From: Paraphysomonas bandaiensis
Lineage: Eukaryota > Protista > Chrysophyceae
Direction of reading: 5' to 3'
DNA length: 63,231 nucleotides
Assembly (NCBI GenBank): GCA_965644295.1
Contig: CBFFRP010000561.1
Span: forward strand, 1-63,231
The notes beneath the pieces are model-generated. The model was not told where the DNA came from. It was given only the letters and a program-made list of their open reading frames with translations, and did no database searches. Shown here in pieces: positions 53,101 to 63,231 of this stretch. Both the position numbers and the translations under genes were made by a program. Position 1 is the first letter of the stretch, and each line of letters opens with the position of its first letter.

Positions 53101-54786
53101 CGTACAGGGCAGCACCGTATAGCCCGCACATACTTCGCAGTTATTCTATTGCGTTAGCTCTATCAGGACAATATGCTGACTCTTTGGAGATGATAAACGC
53201 AGCAGCAGAAATAGGCGGAAATACTTCTGCTCTTACCTGGAGGGCGGCCGGACAGATGATTTATCTCTACGACCAAGACTCGACTAGTAAAGAACGAGCT
53301 CAGTGCGCGCTGAAGAGGGCGTTTGAGCTGTCTGGAGAAGTGGACATTGAGGCAGGTAGACTACGTGCACAGGTATGTCGTACAGTGGAGTTAACTTTGC
53401 CATTCTAATTTTCCAAAGATTTTAATGGAGGAAGGAAAATTTACGGAGGCCGCATCGCTTCTGCGTTGCGTGATCCCTCTAAAGCCTTGTGACCCCGTGG
53501 CACTTGCTTCTCTTGGTCTATGTTTAGCAGCTCTCGGTAAAACACCACCAAGTGGTTTGACGAGCGTTAATTACGGGTTGAAAATAAAATTAATGGATGA
53601 TCCTGCTGAACTGGGCAAGTCTGATGATCCAGAGGAGCTTTTTGAAGCAGCAACAATGTTCAACTTAAGTAATGTATTTCTTCAGGTATTTTGTGTTTTT
53701 TATGGAAGCACTTTATCAGCGAGTACTACTTGTCTGTACACAGAAATCGAGTAAGAATAAAGGCAGTGATAACCTATCCAAGGGTTGGAGCATTCTTCAG
53801 AATTATTCCTATGATGAACCTCTAGATCCATTGGAGCAGCATGATAGCGATGTACCACCTATTGTTTTATACTGGTAATTGTTTCACTGTACATTACTGT
53901 GTTTTCCGTTATATTACTATTAGGTATGGGATGTACTGTCTTCAAAAAGGAGGAATGGAGAATAATAAGAAAGCGAAGTCTTTGTTCATGAGGTAATGGG
54001 GTATATGGAACACCTTTCCTCTTTATGTTTACTTTTGTGGATAGAGCATCGCAACGGGCGGATTACACCCCTTATTTGCTGGCACTACAGAAGCTGGGCT
54101 GGCTAGCGGAGACAAAGGTACTACTATGTGTTAAGTTCTTTTGGAGTAACGCAACAGTTCGGTAGAGAGATCTGAGAGCAGCGGAGAGGTATTACTGTTA
54201 TGCTCTGCAGCTAGAACCAGTGGAACCGCATGCATTTCTTCAACTGTCTCAGGCGATTAAAGACACACGGAAGTTTGTTAGGTTGGTTAACAACTTTTCC
54301 GTGTTCATCATATGGTAACTGTTATTTGTAGCGCTCTCGTTGCGCAGAATTCAGAAAGTATTGACACACCAAGTGAAGTAAACAAGAAAACAAAGGGAGG
54401 AAAAAGAAAAAAAAACTTCAAGAAATCAGCCTGTGAGTATAAGAATACGTTTGTGTGGTCACATCACCGAATTACTGTGATCTTTTGTTTCAGTGATTAC
54501 TCATACCAGCGGCGATGACGAGGGACTCGATACTACCACTCTTCAGAAGCGACATCTGCTGCATGATAGGGTCAGTAGACTCTGTGACCTTCGTAAAGGG
54601 CAGATGAGAGACCACCTTAATGGTATTCAAATGCCAGGGAAATTCGTGTATTTTGAACCGTTCTGGCTAGAACAGTACATGGAGTACTTTAGTGACTGTG
54701 ACGACTGGTCGTGGCTTCTGAAGTGTAGCCATGAGTTTAGAACAAAGAGTATGTTACAAAAGAAAGCTCCTAATAGTCCAACGTAA
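47143..54786 (+). CDS. Very large multi-exon protein with N-terminal WW domain(s) and C-terminal TPR repeats
   Basis: WIECYDESSQMNYYFNQITGESTWDRP (WW) plus two WW-like segments. TPR patterns such as ALASLGHFYHVRGEPVRAVEYYSRCLQQ and ALRCLGLIEWFQGHKSQA. ORFs are linked by short GT-AG introns; could be two genes. Confidence 0.7.
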
Positions 54787-55569
54787 TACGGTGCGTTGTT
54801 TGTGAATAGATACTAGAGATAAGAAAGAACAACTATGTATGGATTGTTGTGTTGTTTGTTATAATATAATTTAATTACTTACCCATAAGGAGATACATGA
54901 TCGAATCTAGTCAAAATAGCTGAAATGGCTCGTTGCACCAAATTAAGGAATCGATCTCGTAAAATAATAAACTTCAAAGTTGTGTACAGGAAAGTAAGTT
55001 TAAGGTTAGTGTGTAAACAGAAAGGTTAACTCCGTGAAATGCCGTGTGATGTCAAATTCTAACAGAACAAGTTAATTCTTAATAATCTAGTCATAAAGAA
55101 GAAATTATGCTCATGAATAGCTAGAGAACAATGAGATCAGAGCAGTAAGATTCAATGAACCTTAACTATTTCAGAATCTCCCAGGTGATGCAAAAAGAAC
55201 TTGCCAAAGCATCTTCGCCCCCTAAGATCGTAGGGTTTAATGCCTATGGCATTGATGTTTGATAGATGTTGTCAACCTCATCATTATTGAACTTTGATAG
55301 GATTGTGGGTTTGGTGATAGTGTGATCTCTTTGACTAAAACCAACAAAGGAATATACAATGACACTACTATATGCTTCAATATCTTACAACAATAGTTTT
55401 GGGCCGGTTATATAGTATTGCAACACTATTGATAGGACTCGACCATACAATGCTACTGCAATACACCCTCAACAAAGTCGGACTCGCATCTTTTCGTGGT
55501 GTTCTGGATAAGTACCGGAGAGATTCTCTCTGGGAAACTAACGTGAGCCGCAAACATAGTCAGCAGATA

Positions 55570-55968
55570 TTCTTCTGCCCAATCATAGCCGAATGCTTGT
55601 GTGGTACAAGGGACACCAATAAGTGTCACTTGTGTAGACGTCTTTGGGCCCTGACGAATAAACAGGCATCCGGGAATGGGTCCACCACAAGGGCATCCGG
55701 GACAGGGCCCACCTGAAGGGTAACCGGGGTATTGAGCTGCCAGCTGAAGTCAAGCATCCGGGATGTTCACCTTAAGAACTCAGAGCGGAAGTGGTCGCAC
55801 CTTGGTGCTTGCGGCGACGCACAAGCAGCTTCCGTAGCGTTAAATAGTAGGATAAAAATGTGTGTACTGATTAGTTACAGGTAGAGGTCTAACTAGTTTG
55901 TCTATCATTCATCTATAGCTACTGAGTTGGTGCAGGTTTTTAACGCCTATTGCTAATAATATAAGACT
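55570..55968 (+). repeat. Dispersed repeat family R, forward copy
   Basis: Collinear with 5530-5878; contains GCATCCGGGA three times. Confidence 0.8.
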
Positions 55969-55996
55969 TTCAATATATACTGCAATACAATATTCC

Positions 55997-56250
55997 GTAG
56001 TGAATGTCTGATTATTAGCAATAGGCGTGTAAGAGTCAGAACTAATTTCACAAAACAAGTTAACTAACTCGTGCTTAACTCTCTAATATCCTACTATTTT
56101 GCGCTACAAAAGTTGCTTGTGCGTCACCACAATCACTAAGGTGCAACCACTTTCACTCTCTGTCCTTAAGGTGAACAGCCCGGATGCTTGACTTCAGCAG
56201 GCCCAATACCCCGGATACCCTTGGAGTGAGCCCATTCCCGGATGCCTGTG
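55997..56250 (-). repeat. Dispersed repeat family R, inverted copy
   Basis: ATTATTAGCAATAGGCG...CCGGATGCTTGACTTCAGC...CCCATTCCCGGATGCCTG is the reverse complement of 55663-55960. Confidence 0.85.
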
Positions 56251-56368
56251 TACAGTAGTCAGAGAGAGATTTACGTATGACATTATAGACATTAATGATA
56301 GGTTATGAGAGAGAGAATATATAAACTGAAATATAATGACTACATAATATCATCGCTATAGAAGATTT

Positions 56369-57107
56369 CAGGGATAGGGAAGAATATATTGCAATACGAT
56401 TGTTAGATAGCGTTCCATCAATAGTATTGATGGAGTTTTTAAACCGGTCCTACAATATTATTGCAATATATTACTAATCAGTGAGTAAATACATCCGTAG
56501 TTTTTGGTACTTGTCATTATAAGGTCTAAGGTCACTTGATAATCAAACCCGCTGCTCTTAACTAATTAAATGTTTCCTCATACTCATCCTCTGCGCCATC
56601 ATCGGTGACATCATCATCACCATATTCATCCCATATTAATTGAAATATGCTTGCATCCGGCCACAACTGTCGGTTAGCTTTCAGAAACAACAGCATATCA
56701 ATTGTAGTAGGATGCATACGTTTGCGCATCACTGATATAATCAGTTTTGCTGCGCTGAAGAGGCGTTCACATGTATTGGTAGTACATACTACATGACTCG
56801 TGCACCTGTTCTTAGATATTTCAACTTTCCGTTTCTTAAATTTTTGAGCTGATTGAAGAATTTTTTGTGATATAGCCAACTTCAGCTTCGTCATCCTCTG
56901 TATTGTACAATAATCACTGTCTGAACGGAGATTTATATACATAGGCTTCTATTTTTTACCCTACAGTTAAGAAGCTTTCTGTATATGACTATCATAATAT
57001 TGATGGCAATATATTGTGAGCTACCTTCACAGAAACAATATTGATGGAATATTTGACCAGCCCACCAATCAATATATTGCAATACAATATATTGTTCCCT
57101 ATCCCTG
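56369..57107 (-). mobile_element. Internally deleted hAT transposon retaining the transposase C-terminal dimerisation domain
   Basis: TIRs CAGGGATAGGGAA(G/C)AATATATTG; 8-bp TSD GAAGATTT/GAAGATCT (1 mismatch). ORF 56562-56942 has TTNTCERLFSAAKLIISVMRKRMHPTTIDMLLFLKAN. Confidence 0.9.
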
Positions 57108-57847
57108 GAAGATCTGATCAATTTGATTTGGTAGTTGAGATAACACAAATCTAGTTGATGTTGATTATAATTTACTACTGTAGTATAATTTTACTAATTG
57201 ATTATTTAGTGAGTTCAACGTTCAGTTACTTAGTTTAGCCATCCTATGTCTAATACTGATACAAGAACCCTGAAACGAATTATATGAATATTTCCCTCAT
57301 GGTTGATATTTAAGCAAGCTTCAACATAGTAAAATAAGTGATAGCATCGGTATCATACGCCACTTCGTTTTCGGGCTCATCTCATCGGCATGTGTATGTT
57401 AAGATGAACGTTGTATAAGAGTATTAATTAGCATTGAGTCCATATCTCTTACCGTGATATAACTACAGGCGTGCTTGGAAACAGTCTATTTAATTCTCTA
57501 CGAGCACACCTATCTCTGCACCGAGAAGAATACCAAACCCGAGTGGACCCTTTTTCCTTTATCTCTACCGCAACAGACACTATTGAATCGCTACAAGCCC
57601 AGTTCGGTATGATACAAGATCATTGCGACTAAACATACTCCAGTAGAAGTCTGTTGGTTCTGCACACCATATTCTTACTAAGTTAATGAAATACATCGCA
57701 TACCCAGTCACACTCTAAAATATATAAACGGCCTGCGCTGATGGGAAAACCATTGTTTCAGTTGACTCCCGCATCCGCTGGACCTAATAATCACTCTGAT
57801 ATAGAATACCTTATAAGTACCACATCTGCATACTGAAAACTCGATAA

Positions 57848-59072
57848 TTAATGAAATGTTCGTGCTGATATCGCCTCCTGACAATATGGGCAGTTTCCAA
57901 AGAGTGTTCCGAAAGAAGACTTATTCGTAGGTACAGACTGTAACCAGCTTACAAGACAGTCAAAGTGAAAGACTCTTGCACACTTGATATTAGGACACAC
58001 TTGATCAGGGATAATTACGGTGAGGGGCTTTCCTTCCAATGTGTCTGTCGAAAGACTGTATGAGTAGCATATCCCGCACTCGTTAGAAAATTCGTTTTGT
58101 CCTGCCTGAGAACCATACTTAGGTACCGGTAATTTAATACCAAGAAGATCCTCAAGATTTTCTCGTACAAGACGAGAGGTCGACCATCGGTGCATATTGG
58201 TTCCAAGGGAAGCTCGTAATTCTGCTACTTCCTCGGGTGGGCCAAGGAACACTACCTCACTGCAAACCTGAAAAGCACATATTAGACTCAGCGGGAGAGA
58301 ACGCGACAAGAATAGTCACCTCCAAAGGACGTGTTGGGGATATGACCACACGAACAGAAGACGTCCTTGTAAGAGCTATTCGCCTGCTAGGGACAGAAAA
58401 GGATGGGGGGTTGGGTTCAAGAATCACGGCATTGTGGTCAAGGTCATCCAGAACCTACACACCACAGCATATATTATTTTATTACGCTCACATCACAGTC
58501 TCACATACATCAAAGTAAGAGTCAAATTTAGATATTTCATCCCTAATAATGCGCAAAACATATGATATACTCATATCATCCTTCCACTCAAACTCAACAG
58601 TGAACGGCAGTGATACTGAAACAGAGGGCCGACCGAAAGGATAATCGTGAGGTAACGAAAACTCTACATCATGTCGGCGATTCCTGGAGTCTGACACACA
58701 CACTTTAAGTGTTCTTAAATCTTCGCCCATACTAACAAATGAGTCCCATCCGATGGCGTCGATCTCACTCATAAGATGAGAGGGAATGTCACTGCTGATC
58801 ACAGCCGTATGAGACATTCTCTGATCATTCTCTGCGATGATATCCTCTAGAGCAGAGGGAAGGTCATCCACAGAGGGTACTGCAGCCACCCTGTCGATAA
58901 ACCACTTCTTGTCCTTGAGATCTCGCAGCACCTCTATAAGCCCTCTATCACCCTTAAGAGACGATGGATCCACACTGCCATCTGATGACAGGGTCACATG
59001 CACACAGCACAACTGATCCTGGGCATAGAGCCACCCACAGTAGGATTTTGCAGCACTATTGAGGCATATCAT
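57848..59072 (-). CDS. FANCL: E3 ubiquitin ligase FANCL, copy 1 (3 exons)
   Basis: SEIDAIGWD, LPHDYP, VLDDLDHNAVILEPNPP...RRIAL, FLGP, ENLEDLLGIKLP, RING ECGICYSY...CPNIKCARVFHFDCLVSWLQSVP...FGNCPYC. Confidence 0.95.
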
Positions 59073-59100
59073 TCCCTTTAACTAAGAAGCAGAGCACTTC

Positions 59101-59547
59101 ACATACATACATACATACATACATACATACATACATACATACATACATACATACATACATACATACATACATACATACATACATACATACATACATACAT
59201 ACATACATACATACATACATACATACATACATACATACATACATACATACATACATACATACATACATACATACATACATACATACATACATACATACAT
59301 ACATACATACATACATACATACATACATACATACATACATACATACATACATACATACATACATACATACATACATACATACATACATACATACATACAT
59401 ACATACATACATACATACATACATACATACATACATACATACATACATACATACATACATACATACATACATACATACATACATACATACATACATACAT
59501 ACATACATACATACATACATACATACATACATACATACATACATACA
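59101..59547. repeat. Perfect (CATA)n tract, ~447 bp
   Basis: Seen directly. Confidence 0.99.
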
Positions 59548-59614
59548 TGCATAATAATCACTCTGATATAGAATACCTTATAAGTACCACATCTGCATAC
59601 TGAAAACTCGATAA

Positions 59615-60839
59615 TTAATGAAATGTTCGTGCTGATATCGCCTCCTGACAATATGGGCAGTTTCCAAAGAGTGTTCCGAAAGAAGACTTATTCGTAGGTA
59701 CAGACTGTAACCAGCTTACAAGACAGTCAAAGTGAAAGACTCTTGCACACTTGATATTAGGACACACTTGATCAGGGATAATTACGGTGAGGGGCTTTCC
59801 TTCCAATGTGTCTGTCGAAAGACTGTATGAGTAGCATATCCCGCACTCGTTAGAAAATTCGTTTTGTCCTGCCTGAGAACCATACTTAGGTACCGGTAAT
59901 TTAATACCAAGAAGATCCTCAAGATTTTCTCGTACAAGACGAGAGGTCGACCATCGGTGCATATTGGTTCCAAGGGAAGCTCGTAATTCTGCTACTTCCT
60001 CGGGTGGGCCAAGGAACACTACCTCACTGCAAACCTGAAAAGCACATATTAGACTCAGCGGGAGAGAACGCGACAAGAATAGTCACCTCCAAAGGACGTG
60101 TTGGGGATATGACCACACGAACAGAAGACGTCCTTGTAAGAGCTATTCGCCTGCTAGGGACAGAAAAGGATGGGGGGTTGGGTTCAAGAATCACGGCATT
60201 GTGGTCAAGGTCATCCAGAACCTACACACCACAGCATATATTATTTTATTACGCTCACATCACAGTCTCACATACATCAAAGTAAGAGTCAAATTTAGAT
60301 ATTTCATCCCTAATAATGCGCAAAACATATGATATACTCATATCATCCTTCCACTCAAACTCAACAGTGAACGGCAGTGATACTGAAACAGAGGGCCGAC
60401 CGAAAGGATAATCGTGAGGTAACGAAAACTCTACATCATGTCGGCGATTCCTGGAGTCTGACACACACACTTTAAGTGTTCTTAAATCTTCGCCCATACT
60501 AACAAATGAGTCCCATCCGATGGCGTCGATCTCACTCATAAGATGAGAGGGAATGTCACTGCTGATCACAGCCGTATGAGACATTCTCTGATCATTCTCT
60601 GCGATGATATCCTCTAGAGCAGAGGGAAGGTCATCCACAGAGGGTACTGCAGCCACCCTGTCGATAAACCACTTCTTGTCCTTGAGATCTCGCAGCACCT
60701 CTATAAGCCCTCTATCACCCTTAAGAGACGATGGATCCACACTGCCATCTGATGACAGGGTCACATGCACACAGCACAACTGATCCTGGGCATAGAGCCA
60801 CCCACAGTAGGATTTTGCAGCACTATTGAGGCATATCAT
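59615..60839 (-). CDS. FANCL: E3 ubiquitin ligase FANCL, copy 2 (tandem duplicate, offset 1767 bp)
   Basis: ORFs identical to copy 1; no nucleotide differences noticed by eye. Confidence 0.85.
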
Positions 60840-60867
60840 TCCCTTTAACTAAGAAGCAGAGCACTTC

Positions 60868-62249
60868 ACATACATACATACATACATACATACATACATA
60901 CATACATACATACATACATACATACATACATACATACATACATACATACATACATACATACATACATACATACATACATACATACATACATACATACATA
61001 CATACATACATACATACATACATACATACATACATACATACATACATACATACATACATACATACATACATACATACATACATACATACATACATACATA
61101 CATACATACATACATACATACATACATACATACATACATACATACATACATACATACATACATACATACATACATACATACATACATACATACATACATA
61201 CATACATACATACATACATACATACATACATACATACATACATACATACATACATACATACATACATACATACATACATACATACATACATACATACATA
61301 CATACATACATACATACATACATACATACATACATACATACATACATACATACATACATACATACATACATACATACATACATACATACATACATACATA
61401 CATACATACATACATACATACATACATACATACATACATACATACATACATACATACATACATACATACATACATACATACATACATACATACATACATA
61501 CATACATACATACATACATACATACATACATACATACATACATACATACATACATACATACATACATACATACATACATACATACATACATACATACATA
61601 CATACATACATACATACATACATACATACATACATACATACATACATACATACATACATACATACATACATACATACATACATACATACATACATACATA
61701 CATACATACATACATACATACATACATACATACATACATACATACATACATACATACATACATACATACATACATACATACATACATACATACATACATA
61801 CATACATACATACATACATACATACATACATACATACATACATACATACATACATACATACATACATACATACATACATACATACATACATACATACATA
61901 CATACATACATACATACATACATACATACATACATACATACATACATACATACATACATACATACATACATACATACATACATACATACATACATACATA
62001 CATACATACATACATACATACATACATACATACATACATACATACATACATACATACATACATACATACATACATACATACATACATACATACATACATA
62101 CATACATACATACATACATACATACATACATACATACATACATACATACATACATACATACATACATACATACATACATACATACATACATACATACATA
62201 CATACATACATACATACATACATACATACATACATACATACATACATAC
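60868..62249. repeat. Perfect (CATA)n tract, ~1.38 kb
   Basis: Seen directly. Confidence 0.99.
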
Positions 62250-62724
62250 TATGTATCTTGCTTTCTCTATCAGCTGCGTGGTACCTGCATATATGGGTAG
62301 TTGATGTTTCAATACCCTCTTCCGTAATAGTGACGTTGCTGTAATTCCTGATGAATGAAGGTGGTATAGCTTTAGTGGGCTCTGACAGCAGTGTTTCCTT
62401 GCAGTTCTGACACCAGTCTATATTCGGTCTGTGAGTTTGCATGCTATGTCGTGCCATCGACTGGGTGCTTTTGTAGAGACCACTACGAAATGAGCCGGCG
62501 AGGTACAGGCGCTAATGCGACAGTTGTACTATATATTGATATTTTAGAGCGGGCCTCTTTTGTACGTTGCAAATAGTGGAAGTTATGTCAACTGCGTGTA
62601 AAGCGCATGACAGTGTAATGTTGGCCGTTTTCTGTTGTTTATTGAATTGTAATTCTGAATTGTAGTAAAGTCTACTTACTGTACATCTGTTTACCTCACG
62701 CTTATGTGCTTATAGCTTATAGTA

Positions 62725-63231
62725 CATCATGAATTGCACAAACACATAAATCTGCATAAAATAGGCTGCATAAACTCATGAATTTATGCAGATTTTATGT
62801 TTTTTTAGGAGACCCCCCCGGACCCCTCGTACAAACTATCCTATATGCATAAACATATGCATAAACTATTTAAAGAGCTGAAGCTATATAAAGTAGACAT
62901 ATGCTACCCAACTGTAGCTTAATCGACAGGAATGAATCTAAGCAGAAGTTACTGTGCGTACTTCTCTTGTTGCTATTGTATAACAGCTGTAGAAGTCGTG
63001 CTAACTTGACGAGATCGGCAGTTGTTTCTCCTCGTTTCGCACCATGGGTTCGTGTGTTGCATGGGGCAGATGATCAATCTTTTCTACTACTGACAGGGAT
63101 GACGAGACCGGTTTTTAAGTTGTTGAGGGGTATCTTATTTGCTGAAGATGTTGTCCTCAAATCCGGTCGACCTAGTAGCCTTGACAATGATGGTAAACTT
63201 GAAGTAATACGTAACTGAACGTAAAGTACAA
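62725..63231 (+). mobile_element. PIF/Harbinger-like transposon 5' region with transposase N-terminal fragment
   Basis: Direct and inverted GCATAAA subterminal repeats (62745-62866). ORF RSRANLTRSAVVSPRFAPWVRVLHGADDQSFLLLTGMTRPVFKLL...GRPSSLD resembles the N-terminus of stramenopile DDE_Tnp_4 transposases. Catalytic domain not in the window. Confidence 0.6.

Noticed and set aside
55645-55690. Hammerhead ribozyme (CTGACGA / CTGATGA at ~5615) in repeat family R
   Set aside because: No stem II followed by GAAA, and no convincing stem I/III pairing.
56200-56215. U4 snRNA similarity (CCCAATACCCCG; TATTGCTAAT)
   Set aside because: The short matches are on opposite strands within the repeat and there is no Sm site; likely coincidence.
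62250-62560. Possible upstream coding exon of FANCL
   Set aside because: MICLNSAAKSYCGWLYAQ already aligns with the FANCL N-terminus, and no frame here resembles FANCL.

Overview
Eukaryotic nuclear DNA: gene-dense, with mostly ~50-150 nt GT-AG introns. The gene and transposon content suggests a stramenopile (inference only). Recognisable genes are a Gal3ST-type sulfotransferase, WDR83/MORG1, a CFAP58-N-terminus-like coiled-coil protein, mitochondrial GrpE, an ankyrin protein, WDR47, a cAMP-receptor-like GPCR, a large WW+TPR protein and two apparently identical tandem FANCL copies. The most striking structure is a ~10.6-kb array of a 22-bp satellite with higher-order block duplications. It appears to fill a single ~10.8-kb phase-1 intron (18710-29500) of a coiled-coil gene. 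Three long (CATA)n tracts lie directly upstream of genes, and one marks the FANCL duplication junction. Mobile DNA includes a young Ty1/Copia element (identical 293-bp LTRs, TA..CA ends, no TSD, one frameshift, extra post-integrase domain), hAT non-autonomous elements, a PIF/Harbinger 5' fragment, a decayed LINE/MDR-pseudogene/Crypton mosaic and an unclassified dispersed repeat forming a ~0.7-kb inverted pair. Homology calls come from motif recognition, not database searches.
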